Source: Octopus sinensis (Eukaryota). Taken from it: DNA of 64,000 bases. Under the pieces are notes generated by a model that was not told the origin of the DNA, made no database searches, and saw only the letters and a program-made list of their open reading frames with translations. The stretch is taken from assembly GCF_006345805.1 (NCBI RefSeq), contig NC_042998.1, forward strand, positions 39,370,001-39,434,000, in the 5' to 3' direction. Below are positions 14,396 to 28,100 of this stretch, in pieces (position 1 is the first letter of the stretch; the number at the start of each line of letters is the position of its first letter). The position numbers and the translations under genes were made by a program.

Positions 14396-15090
14396 TTGGG
14401 TCATGCCATAAATAATGCGTTTTTTCCAATTGCATGAACTAAAAGTCGGAAGGGGACGGGATAAACAACCTGCATCTATTTGCTATAAAAACAGGTAGAG
14501 ATTTTATCTTGTACTTATTCTTATTTTAACAGTTATACTTCCCAATCTATAATGGAAGTGACAAAGGAGCATATTCGACATATTTTACTTTATGAGTTCA
14601 ATAAAGGCGATGACGCAATGGAAAGTTTGAGGAATATTAATGCAGTATATAGGGATCGGACGATAAGCGTAAGCCAGTGGTAACAGTGGTTCCAGAAATT
14701 TCGAGGTGGAAACTACAACCTAGAAGACGAGCCTCGTCCTGGAAGATCTGTAGAGCAGGATGAGGATGTCCTGCAAAACCTGGGGGAACAAAATCCCATC
14801 ATAACTGCCGAGGAACTAGCGGAGAAGCTTGGATTTGATCATTCAACCATTCATCGACATCTGTGTGCCATCGGAAAAGTCAGCAAATTGGGTCAATGGG
14901 TTCCCTCACAAACTTTCCGAGTCTAATCTCGCGTAGAGAGTGAATGTATGCTCTTCTTTGCTATCACGTCTCACAAATGAACCTTTTTTGGACCGAATAG
15001 GGAATTTGGTTTCAAAACGAAAGGTGTTCTTCCATCAGGATAATGCTCAGCCACACACAGTGAGGATGGCCTTCCAAAGAAAAGAATTAG
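14396..15090 (+). mobile_element. Mariner transposon, 5' part (degenerate)
   Basis: TA then ttgggtcatgccataaataatgcg (TIR-like); ATG at 14552 gives MEVTKEHIRHILLYEFNKG...LEDEPRPGR...GKVSKLGQWVP(H), with mariner HTH and WVPH motifs; stops and frameshifts. Confidence 0.85.
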
Positions 15091-15420
15091 CTCGAGAAAG
15101 ATCAAATTGATGCAGATTGATATCACAACTTATCTTCATTGAACAGCAAATTGTGGAAGATGTTGAGAATTTCTCCCTCTTCAGTCGTAAAAGCAAAGGT
15201 AATGGAAACACAAACAGTAATGGCGACCAAAGGTAAACCAAAAGCTGGACATATTCCACGAATGGTGTCTACGGATAATCCCCAAAACTCTCTGGTGGGA
15301 GGGAATTACAATTGAAGAAAACTTTCTGCAAAACATTGTGGCACTGCGTCGGCTTTGGCTAGTGGGTCATGTTTTGCAGTAGGTGGTCATTTGGAATGCA
15401 AATCTACAATTAAGTAGGTA

Positions 15421-15529
15421 GAAGAAGAAGGAGAAGAAGAAGAAGAAGAAGAAGAAGAAGAAGAAGAAGAAGAAGAAGAAGAAGAAGAAGAAGAAGAAGA
15501 AGAAGAAGAAGAAGAAGAAGAAGAAGAAG
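15421..15529. repeat. (GAA)n microsatellite
   Basis: Directly visible; a second (GAA)n tract lies at 48953-49075. Confidence 0.95.
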
Positions 15530-16176
15530 ACGACGGAGGAGAAGGGGGTCAGCTTATGAACGTCTAGCATCGAACATTAGAAGAAGAGCTCAAATGCCTG
15601 AGGACCAGTTGAGTAGCAGTGAAGAGGATTCTGTGAGAATCAATTCTGCTGAGGAAATTTATTTATGATTCTCACAACAAGGAGGCTGGGTGGAGGAGGT
15701 GGGTTTAAGTTTAAGTTTAGTAAGAAAGATTTTGTTTTCTAATCAGAAGGATAACTTTGGTCCAACTCAACTGCATTGCATATATGAAAGGCTACTGAAC
15801 ATACCTGGCTGATTATCTAATTGATGTCAAACTTCCAATGAAAGACTCTTAATACCGAATAAACAACTTACTCTTTATCTCTTTGTCAAAATTTGTAAAA
15901 CTAAGCCAGAAGAATATATAAAAGAGTTTATGCATTCCTACGTTAATGGGTACGTGCATATATAAACACTCGCACACATATACATACATATATATACAAA
16001 AACATTGGTTACAAAGATACAATCTTAAGTAGTCAAGTTGTTGTACCCGCCTCTTTTCATTCACCGCTTTTTCTGTGAAGCTCTTTGAGAAACCAAAACG
16101 ACAACTCTGAGAACAAAAGAACATTTTCTCACAAATTTCATTTATTACATTTGTCAATAAGATAAATAAGTGCAGC

Positions 16177-16248
16177 TATAAAAACGAAGCAGCAACACTT
16201 TCGATCACTCAGTTGCCATTTTTGGTGGAACGAAGTTGCAGCCGGAAG
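16177..16248 (+). promoter_or_regulatory. Putative chitinase core promoter (TATA + Inr) and short non-coding exon
   Basis: TATAAAAA at 16177, TCACTCAGTT at 16205-16214 (30-34 nt downstream), candidate donor AAG|gtagac at 16249 that could join the acceptor at 17591. Confidence 0.45.
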
Positions 16249-16332
16249 GTAGACAACATACTACAGTATTAAACACACACACAGACACACACACACACAC
16301 ACACACACATGCACGCATGCACACACTCATAC

Positions 16333-16375
<43 letters not shown>

Positions 16376-16536
16376 CACACATGCATGTATATTTATGTGT
16401 TTATATATGTATGCATATATATACATACATGCATATGCATTTATATATATATAGAAATATATATATACATTTATGTGTTTATATATGTATGCATATATAT
16501 ATACATACATGCATATGTAATTATATATATATAGAA

Positions 16537-16585
<49 letters not shown>

Positions 16586-16808
16586 CTGTTGTGTATGGAG
16601 AGAGTCATTTTCTTTTTGTGCCTTATAATTTAACACACTCACCGGTAAAATTTCCACTTATTTTATCAGTGAGTGTGTTAAATTATAAAGCACTAAAAGA
16701 GAATGACTCTCTCCAGACACAACAGAATATGCTTCAACACATGAACTCACATAAAGAATCCTGCAAACCAAATCCCCAAATCATATATATATATTTAAGA
16801 TAATAAGA

Positions 16809-16853
<45 letters not shown>

Positions 16854-16976
16854 GCATATATATATATTTATGGAGCATATATATATGTATGTATATATAT
16901 ATGGTATATATATATATATACATACATACATACATACATACATACATACATACATACATACATACACACACACATA

Positions 16977-17019
<43 letters not shown>

Positions 17020-17402
17020 CATATATATGTATATATATATGTATATATATATGGGTGTGTGTGTGTATGTATGAATGTATATATATATATGTGTGTGTAT
17101 GTATGTATGAATGTATGTGTGTGTATATATATATATATAAAATATTAGGGAATAAATCCAAACTTACAGGGAAAAATCAGATTTAGGATTGAATCCAATT
17201 TTATAGTAAAATATTATATTATATTAAATTAGAGATAAAACCACTATTAGGCAAATCAAACAATGAAAAACTTAAGCCAATACATAAAATTAATTAATTT
17301 ATATTATTTTAAATATATATCAAAAGCATTAAAAGTTTAATAAAAGATAATGAAGTTTTTTCATTGTTTGATTTGCCTAATAGTGGTTTTATCTCTAATT
17401 TA

Positions 17403-17444
<42 letters not shown>

Positions 17445-17656
17445 AGGCATTATATATAGACATGCAACTACATATAGACATACATATATATATATATATA
17501 AATGTAATACCATATATGTATTCCATGAATATACATGTGTGTGTGTGTGTGTGTTATCGATTGTAATATCATACCAATTGTATTTCAACAGCCACAACAG
17601 AAAATTACCAAACTTCAACAATTGCTTAAGAATTGGCCAATATTTTCATTTCGGAA

Positions 17657-17714
17657 ATGAAACTAGCACAGCACTGTCTTGCATTCCTTGTTTTGATTGG
17701 ATTGGTCCTTCCAG
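17657..17714 (+). CDS. Chitinase coding exon 1, signal peptide MKLAQHCLAFLVLIGLVLP
   Basis: ATG at 17657, hydrophobic core, phase-1 donor CCAG|gttagc matching the phase-1 acceptor at 21196. An upstream acceptor (caacag at 17591) implies a 5' UTR intron. Confidence 0.8.
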
Positions 17715-20700
17715 GTTAGCATCAATTTAAAAAATATTTATCACTTTTTCCTTACTTTCCAATGTATGATAATTAACTATTATTGCTCCTACTCCTTAAT
17801 GAATTTTTAATGATATATTGACATTTTTATTACTAGTTATCTAAATATTTCGTTACAAATGTTTTGGGGTTATTTCGTTTTTATTCATGTATATTCCATG
17901 CATTGTTTCTTTTTCAAATAATATTGAAAACAGGTCTGTAAATTATCAAGCGTAACCCCCACCATCACCATCACCAATATGCTGGGGCACCGACTTGAAG
18001 AATCTTACTTGAATAAATTAACCCCAGTACTTACTTTTTTTAAGCCTGGAACTCATTCTATCGGTCTCTTTTGCTGCCCCGCAAAGTTATGGGGATGTAA
18101 ATGCACCAACACACACACACACAAACACACACATAGAAGAAGAATAAAGAGAAAGTTCTTGGTACTGTATTATATATATTTGAAAGAATGAGCAGAGATG
18201 GCTTTTTTTTTTTTTTTTTTGAGGGAATAATTTTAATCTTACTAGTAATGTTTTCAGTGAGTATTTTGGTCTCTGAAAAGAGAGAACCCACAAATGTTTC
18301 TTGATGTTCCAAGCTAGTCCGTGTCTGTAAAGTACAGCTTCTCTCTTGATCTTCTTCAATAACCTCTTTCATAGCATCACGTTCATTCTCCAATTTCTTT
18401 TTCTCTTTTTGGAGATTAGTTAATTCCTTTTTAGCCATTCTGTAATCCACTTCATTTTTATCAGCTCTCTGGGTTTGGTATGCAAAACCATTCTCAAGTT
18501 TGGTCATCTGGCTCACCATCACGTCCAGTTGAGACTTCTGCTGGGTAAACTTGCACAATTTCGTTTCCATAGTAACTTTTTTCTTCAATATGTTTGTTAT
18601 TACTTCCATATAGTTCGTTAACTTTATTTCTTAGTTCACCCATTTCCTCAAATCTTCTTTTACACGATTGAATTAATGTTTCATCTCTTTTGCTTGTTGT
18701 GAAGCTAAGTATCAAAGTTCATCAACTTCATCTTTTAATGATCTTGCTTCTGCTTCTGGATTGAGTTCTATATTCTTTGGTTGGAGGTCTCAAAACTCTT
18801 CAGTTATTGTATCAAGATATGCAATGGAATTATCTCTAGCAGATTCTAGTTTAAGAACTTCTTGCAGACGTTCAGTTTGTCATCGCAATTGTTGACAGCA
18901 CCGGCCTGCTGGAGTTCTAGGATCAGTGAGGTTTTCTGCTTGGTTCAAATATTCTGATAATCTCTCACCTTCAGAAGACAAAAGTAATTTTCTCATCTTG
19001 TAAAGAAGTCATTCATTCATCCAAGAAGTGGCAACGTTTTGGTAATTATTCGTTAGCTTCTTTGACATTTCCCAGCTCATCAAGTGTACGTCTTAGCTGA
19101 TCATCTGCACGTCCAAGTTGGTTAAGATCTACCAACATTGTCTTCAGGATCAAAATTATCCCTAATTGCTGAAAAACTATCATTCGTACTGGAGATACCA
19201 TCTTCATTAAGAACCTCTTTCAGGAGTTGCATGAGCACTTGTTGTACGGATTCTTCCATTTTCATAATTTGGTGTATTTTCTTGACATTGCACTTAACTT
19301 AGTTCTTGGGCAGATCCAGTGTGACACAGAATATGATCAGGCTGACCTTTTGAAATACAGATACAATACTCGTTTTTGCCAGCTGAGTGGACTGGTGCAA
19401 TGGGAAATAAAGTGTCTTGTTCAAGGTCACAAAGCACTGCTTGGAATCGAACTCATGACCTTACGATCATTGTCGTGCATGTCTACAATTGTTTTACTTC
19501 ACACCCAATTTAAATTACAAAACATATATAATAATACAAGCACTTTGAGTACCCTGGGTGGAAGCTCTTCAGGGCAAAATGGACATTACAGAGTTTACAT
19601 TTCGATTCTAACAGACCAAGCAGATGAAAGCATGTGTATTGCCAGTAAACATGTTTTCATCTGCTCGGTCTGTTGGAATATTTCAATTCATCAAAATGTA
19701 AACTCTGTAATGTCCATTTTGCCCTGAAGAGCTTCCATGCAGAAGACTCAAAATGCAAGCTTATATTATTATATTATGTTTTGTAATTTAAATTGGGTGC
19801 GAAGCAAAACAATTGTTGGCAAAGTTAAATGATTAATAAATTAATTCATATCATTGAATCTCTCCATTTTCAAACTTATTAATTATATATATACACACAA
19901 ATATACATATATATATATGCATACATACAGTGCATGTATATGCATACACACACACATATGCATGCGCATTTATACATATATACGTACACACACACACATA
20001 TATATATAGTTGCCAAAATATATATATTGTCGTTCATAGTAAAGACAACATTTGTCTTTTGTGTACAAAAAGAATAAAATTTTGTTCATCAAAAATCTCA
20101 ACAGACTCCAGTGTTCTTCCTCGTACACATGGCTTAAAACCCTACACAAAATTACTTAGCCTTACAATCTCTAATGCTCTTTGACGAACTTCCTGTTCCA
20201 GGAAATACTTTGTTCCAGATTAATTGCTACCTTTCTAGAAAGCTCAAATATGACCTGCATTAACGAACTATTGACTATCTTAGCTAACATTATACACTAC
20301 TTTCTTTCTTTCTTTCTTTCCAGCTTTTAAGTGTATAATGCTTGTGGGTAACATAGATTGGGAATCCCCACCAGCTACAAGCATTGGTCGCGTCTGAGCA
20401 AAGCAGCTATTTAGCTGTGAAGAAATAGAAAATACATGAGGCACTTTTATAAAGCCAGAAGCGGTGGTTGTGTGCTAAGAAGTTTGCTTCCCAACCCCAT
20501 GGTTACAGGTTCAGTTCATTGCGTGGCACCTTGAGCAAGTGTCTTCTACTAAAGTCTCGTGTCAACCAAAGCCTTGTGAGTGGATTTCATAGACGGAAAC
20601 TTAAAAAAAGCCCGTCGTATGTATATATCTATATATATTTTTGTATGTGTGTCTCCCACTACATCGCTTGACAACCGATAATGGTTTGTTTACATTCCTA

Positions 20701-23700
20701 TAACTTAGCGGTTTGACAAAAGAAACCGGTAGAATAAGTATTAGGCTTTAAAAAGTCCTGAGGTCAATTAATTCGACTAAAAATTCTTCATGGTTGTACC
20801 CCAGCATGGCCACAGTCAAATGACTGAAACCAGTCAAAGATGAAAGATAGAATCCACATTGTGTCCCCTGAATTCCCTTGCTGTAGATAGAATTGTTTCT
20901 CCTAATCGCAAAACTTACTCCAGATACTTTATTTTAAAAAGCAAGTTGAAAACTTTTCAAGCACTAATTTCAGGAAGAATTCATCTCGACGTTGCAAACC
21001 AAAGAAATGCAAGTCAGTTGTATCTTGTTGTACTACACACATTTGTATTTAATTATAGTCAGGTGTTGGTTTGTAAATGTTTTGGCACATTGCAATGTAG
21101 GCGACAAAATATGACTATTGACTCAACTCCTTGAAGTCTTCCTGTTTAAGAATTGTGGTCCGTAAAAGAGTTTCTTTTGTTTTCTTCCTACTCAGTTCTT
21201 TCGCAGTTGTTGTTCTGCTATTACACCAACTGGTCACAGTATCGAAAAGGTTCAGGAAAATTTATTCCAAATAATATCGATCCAAGCTTATGCACCCATA
21301 TTCTATTCGCTTTTGCCACATTGAATGGCAACCAAGTGAAAACGACAGAGTGGAATGATGTTGCAATGTAAGTAAAACTTTCGCCAAATTCTTGTTACTT
21401 GCCCTGTGTTTGTTACATTGTCCATGTTATATTGAACATACATTATCAGGCTTTCGTGGGTAATTCACCTTCTGTCAACCCTTTCTCATTTTCCAGTACA
21501 GCTGACTACACCAACATCTCCTTCCTTCCTTATCATCCATTTCTATTGTGAGTGTGTGTGTGTGTGTGAGTGTGTGTGCATATGTTCTCTTCTGCTTATA
21601 ATTTTCTTAATTCTTCCTCAGACAAAGGATCTGATTTCTAAGAAAGATACAAACTCCATCATTGGAATGGAGATAACAAAAGCAACTCGAGCTTTTTAAA
21701 CTTGAGCATTGCATAGTTTTGCTGTTCTGCTTACAGGTTGTATTTTTAGTGTACAGGTCGGTTGGTTGGTTTCTTTTACTGCAAATCAAAGCTTATCCAG
21801 ATTGTCACTAAGGCATTATCCATAATCTGGAGATAGAAACTGGAGGTTTCGAAGCAATTCTCCACAGATATCTTTTTTCTCTCTGGTTGTTGAAGAGATA
21901 TTCACATCAACAGGAAAGCTGGCCTTTGTGACAGCACACACTTTTCCTTGTTTATCCCAAACAACAATGTCCGACCTTTTATGTATGTATGTATGTATAT
22001 GTGTATGTATGTGTGTATCAAAACGGTAGAGGAGTAGGGGCCGAAACCGGACATGGTTCCTCCTGACGATGTCTTGAGCTAACTGGATCCTATAAAGGAG
22101 CTGTTGTGGTAGCAGACCATGAAACACGGTTGTAATTCCTCCTGTATGATACTACTGGTAACATGTAATCCGGTAGAACTTGTTGCCTGGTCGGGCCAAC
22201 AGCGACTAAACTGGCCACCCTAACAATGCTTGTTAGAAAGGAAGCTCTGATGTAACCCCTGCAACTTCGTTTGCATGAAATTATGTAGACTAATTCTTCT
22301 TTGAGGGCAAAGGCATCCGTTGATTAGAGATCAGGATTTGCCTTAGGAAAGGCCTTGCTTCACTTTAAAAACACTCAGATACAGGCTTCACTTGATTTTT
22401 AACATTGATACAGACACTCCAACACTCCAGTTTAGTCTGTTGTGGGTCCCTTGCAAGTCTTTCTTATCAGACTACTTGAGGTCACTTCCTTTAGTTATGT
22501 GCTATTATATAATGAGTGTATTTGTGTGTATGTGTGTGTGTTTGTGTTTGCATAAATATGTTCATGGATATGTGTGTGAGTGTGTGTGTTTGTATGTATG
22601 TGCTTTGTTGTTTTTGCCTATGCCAAAACCCAGTTATTGATAGATTTGTTTTTAGTCGGCCAACTTCACTAATCCACTGGCATTATTCTATCTATTTCTT
22701 CTGAGTTCAATTTCTACCAAGATCCACTTTGCCTTTCACCCTTTCGGCGTTGATGATATAAGTACCAGTTGTGTACTGGAGATCAATATAATTGACTTAG
22801 CCCCTTCCCAAGAATTGCTGGTCTTATGCCAACATTTGAAACCAATGTATATTTATTGTTATTGATTTTATTTCCAGGTGAATTACAAATGTATCTAATA
22901 TGTAGTTATTGATTATAATTGCCTGCAGACTTCAGGTTTATCTAATATAGTTATTCATGTCCTAATAGATTTCAAGCGTAATTAAAATATTATGAATTGT
23001 TAACTTTAACTGATATTTGAAATATACCAACACTATACTTTCAAATTTTAAATACTTTTATATTTGAAGGCTTAATGAAATAGTTCGTCTAAAGAAACGA
23101 AACCCACAACTAAAAATACTGCTCTCTGTGGGAGGCTGGGGTACCAATGCCAGAAAATTTAGCTCAATGGCTTCCACTGCAAGGTCACGAGAAGAGTTTC
23201 TAAACAGCGCTTCAAAGTTTTTAAATTGCTACAGCTTGGATGGTTTAGACATTGACTGGGAATATCCCGCAGCAGCATACAGAGGTGGTTCACCAAGAGA
23301 CAGATATAATTTTGTTTTACTTTTACAGGTACGCAACTGTTTTACCTAATTTCTAATTGTTGTTGCAGCATTTATGAAACTTTTTAGCATGGAAAGTATC
23401 GTAGTATAGGAGAAGGTAATTAAGGTTTCCCTTTGAAATTTCTGTTCAGATCATTGGCCCTTTCTGCTGAAGGCACAGGGCAAGATCATTGGTGCCATAC
23501 TTAAGTCGAGCAAAAGTATATTCCACAATTTTTACCTAACAGTAGAGCGTACGAATGTTAGCATGAATTGTATATACTGAAATGGGAATCTTTATGGGTC
23601 TATATAAATGTAGATGCTTGTTTGGGTCGCGGAGAATGTATGGTTCTTTGTTGGAAAAACGATGCGTGTAGAATAAACATTTAACTTGATGTGATTATTG

Positions 23701-24771
23701 CCAGATTTGATGTTAGCTAATTACAACGAACAATATTAATAACTGCCGAATGAGAAAGAGAGACAAAAATGCGATGCATCTATTGAAGTTACTTTTGAGG
23801 CATTGTGTGAATTTTCAGAATGAGTCTTTCTGAGAACCAGGAGTTGTCTTCCCAAATGACCAGAACCATCACCATGGCAAGAGCGGAAGCACGTGAGGCA
23901 GTCAACAGTCTGCGATCAGCAAAACTGCAAAAACAGTTTTTTATAGGGTACTAGAGATTAAATTGTAGAACATTTGAGAAGACGTTAAAAGAGAACTGAT
24001 TGTGTGTGTGTGTGTGCATGTGCACGTGTGTGCATGTGTGTGTGTGTGTGTGTGTGTGCGTGCGTGTGTACTCACTTCTCTGGTTATTAGTATCAAAATC
24101 TTTGGTCACAGGAATTTATAAACATGTGCATCTTGCATATATTTTGCAATAGCTGCTCAGGCGAAGATTAACACGCAGATACCTATTAACTATTGCTGCA
24201 GCCGCAGGTAAACAAACTATTGATGCCGGTTATGATGTACACCGAATTGCAAGGTAAGCTGAACTTATATATGTGTATCTTTGTGCATTTACAAACTTCA
24301 CAATTTGTAAACCTCAAATTCTTTTCGTTTGTCTTTTTTTTACAAATGGATATTTTACATGTGTTTGTGTATATATATTAACTGTGAGTGCACATACACA
24401 CAAACACACACAGACACACACACACACTCACATATATATATATATATATATAAATATCACCATCACCGTGACCAACCAGACTATCAGAAGTTGCTATACG
24501 TCGCTGGTCACAATGCGCTTCGCATTGTTTTATGCCTGTAAATGACGCCACCTCACTGGCTAAGCGAGCAGGCCAACTGAAGAAAGAGTGAGAGAAAGCT
24601 GTGGCGAAAGAGTACAGCAGGGATGGCCACCACCCCCTGCCAGAGCCGCATGGAGCTTTAGGTGTTTTCGCTCAATAAACACTCACAACGCCCAGTCTGG
24701 GAGACGAAACCACGATCCTACAACTGCGAGTCCGCTGCCCCAACCACTGGGCCATTGCACTTCCACACACA

Positions 24772-24816
<45 letters not shown>

Positions 24817-25159
24817 CAATATGAAATGTTTTGGTATCCTGAAAACCCAAAAGGCGGTTAAGGCTATTCAAGTGCTACAGAAGGACCGCTGTTAAACTCC
24901 CGGTCCAATAATAGCATGAGTGAGGAGTCGAAGGCAGATCGTATGTGAGTATGTATATGTTGAAAAAAATAAGATAACAGGGCCAAGGCAATCTGATATT
25001 CCTAGGACATTTATAAATAGAAAGTTGGTCTTACAGCTGTTTCAGAGAAATAAATGATATCCCATCATCAGAGATGAGTTAAGAGCTTTAACAGAAGTAA
25101 TTAGCAGACTTAATTTTTTTTTACACACACACACACACACACACACGCAGGCACGCACG

Positions 25160-25199
<40 letters not shown>

Positions 25200-28100
25200 A
25201 CACACACACATATAGGGAGAATTCACAAAAAAACAAAAGACAAAGACAGGCGGTTTAGAAAACAAACAGATGTATTAGTATAACGCTCAGGAATTGAAAA
25301 AGTCTTTTACGTTTCGAGCCTACGCTCTTCCACAGAAAGGAACACAGAAAGAAACAAGGAGAGAAAAAAAATGTGTGTAGTGGCTACCAATATATATATA
25401 GACGCAGGAGTGGCTGTGTGACAAGAAGCTTGCTTCACAAATCACATGGTTCTAGGTTCAGTCCCACTCTGAGGTACCTTGGGCAAGTGTCTTTTACTAT
25501 AGTCCCGGGCTGATCAAAGCCTTGTGAGTGGATTTGGTTGACAGAAACTGAAAGAAGCCCATTGTGCATGTATATATATATAAACAAATTAGGCAAACAG
25601 TTTCCAAATATTGCAGATTCTAATATCGACACACATCCTATGAATAACCCCACCGAATATAGAAACCAACACTTTAGAAGACACTATAGGTTTTTCAAAT
25701 ATAGCAATACCCATACGGGTCAGAGTAAGAACAATTCAGGGAGAAAACGGGTAATTGTATGGTTCAAACCCCCACTTCACTTCTCCCTCCAGGTAAGAAA
25801 CCTCCCTAAGTTATTTTTTAGTATTATCAATTGGAACTTCCCACCAGATTATAAATACCATTCTATATTTAATAGATCCTGTCTTAAATTATCTTATTCT
25901 ACCACACCCAATCTTGAATCTATCATCACAGCAAATAATAGACTTAAACTTAGAAATAACGAAACCAATAGAGATAACTCAGCTGACCCTAACACGAAGA
26001 ACAATAATAAGAACATGGATATTAAAAATAGTAAGACTAAACCCAGAAATAAAATAAAAACACGTAATTGTCGTAATAGGGAGCTTTGTCCCCTTAAAGG
26101 TTTCTGTTTAAGGAGAAATACCATATATAATGTTGAAGTCTCAACCTTAAATGAACCTAAAATGATTTACATAAGTAGTACAATTGACTTTAACAGTAGA
26201 TACAGGGCACATATAAACACTTTCATTAACCACGAAACAAAAAATTCAACCACACTAGCAACCTATGTCAATAAATTAAAAATGAACAATAAAGAATTCA
26301 GTCTGAATTGGTCTATAATAAGGGAAGCCACACCATCGTAATACACACACAAAGAATTGTGATTTATGCAGGAAGGAGGTGATCCACATAATTCGAGCCA
26401 ACAAAAATAGTTTACATAGCCGGTGGCACATAAAAAGCACCATCCGTTCGTGGCCGTTTGCCAGCTCTGTCTGGCACCAGTGCGGGAGGCACGTAAAAAG
26501 CACCCACTACACTCACGGAGTGGTTGGCGTTAGGAAGGGCATCCAGCCGTAGAAACACTGCCAGATTTGACTGGGCCTGATGAAGCCTTCTGGCTTCACA
26601 GACCCCAGTAGAACCGTCCAACCCATGCTAGCATGGAAAACGGACGCTAAATGATGATGATGATGATGATGATGAATAAGATAGCTGACGTTATAATTAC
26701 CTGTAGACACAAATTTCTTTCAACTTTTAAATTTTCACCAAAAATAATTAAGCTATAGGATCCTAATTTAGCCTTCCTTCATATTATGGACTCTTCTACA
26801 ACTTCATATTATATATATAGCATTGTAATGCACTTTAGCCTGCAACAAGAACTTTAACATCGTCATGTTAGTTTTGTTCTGTGTTTTTTGAGGATTTACT
26901 AATTGTTTGAAGATTTGTTAATTGTCTTCTGCTGCTTTGCAGCGGTTTGTTTGTTTTTGCTTTCTCTCCACGCATGAGGAGAGAGAGCTATGTCAACGAC
27001 AAGGAATTTATTTTATTCAGACCTTAGCATGTCTGAATTATGATCATCCGAGGAGGAGCTCGTGTGAATGGTGCAAGAGATGAATAAATGTTTGAAGAAG
27101 AAAAGTTTCACAGAACCAATGGAAGTTTCGAGAAAAGAGGTGGACTTGTCAAGTTTAAAAAGCTTCAAGAAAATGGTACATAGGGAAGGTGGTGACATAA
27201 AGTTGTTACAAGCCCAGGAAGTATTGAAAACATGGAAGAAAAAATGATTTTGTACAAGGTGTATTTGGTGGAAGAGAGAAGGATCGAAAATGAATTGATG
27301 GAAACAACTGAAAATGCATTGAGGCTAATCCGGCAAGATATAACATAACTTGCCAGAGGAAACTGATACAGAACCATAGAAGTGCATTTTAAAATGGCAA
27401 GAAAGGCTAAGGAACATTCGGTAACCTCATTAAGGACATAAAGAGTGGTCCTTCTACCCACGTACCTTGAAAGAAGGACTTCCAGGGTTTGGGTGGAGGG
27501 AATCCCACCTGAAATAAATGTGGCATGGGTGGCGGCAGCTGTGCTTCTAGGAAGCAAAAAAGTGGCTGTCCTCCAAGCTACAAAGACAGATGCTGCAAAC
27601 TGGAAGTGTCAAATATTAGACGTAATAATACAAAGCACAGTAGAGAATATTGAATAAATGGCAGAAACGGTGACCATAGGAGATGCAGTTTTAAGAGTCT
27701 GGGTGGAGGGCAGAATCCCTCATTTCTTCAAATGTGGCCAAAAGGGCCACATTAGAGCACACTGCCCTTCACAGACTAAGAGAGGTCAGGAGGAAGCTGT
27801 TACGGAACTGGAGAAGGTAGAAGAGACAAAGGCAAACAAAGAAGAACCATAGAAGGTAGCAGAAGGAAGAACACAGAGGAAGAGAAAGAAAGTCAGGATG
27901 AATGGAAACCCCAACCTGCATCCACCCCACCCATACCTTCTTAACCTCACCCTCCCCTTGCAGACACCAAACCCACCCATTCCGCTCAAAACAAACGATA
28001 AAAAGAATCGTAGACACATAAGAACTTACAAAATTCCCCTTCCACTGGAAATTGTTACACATGCATAATGTATGAAGGAGTAGACATGGAACTAGTGAGT

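Noticed and set aside
21207-21367. Alternative acceptor (ttcgcag|) for chitinase exon 2
   Set aside because: It is phase 0 and incompatible with the phase-1 signal-peptide exon.
26577-26610. CTGATGA followed by a small stem (AGCC-TTCT-GGCT), hammerhead-like
   Set aside because: No GAAA follows the stem, and sibling RTE-tail copies read CTGGTGCAGC, so it is a chance variant.
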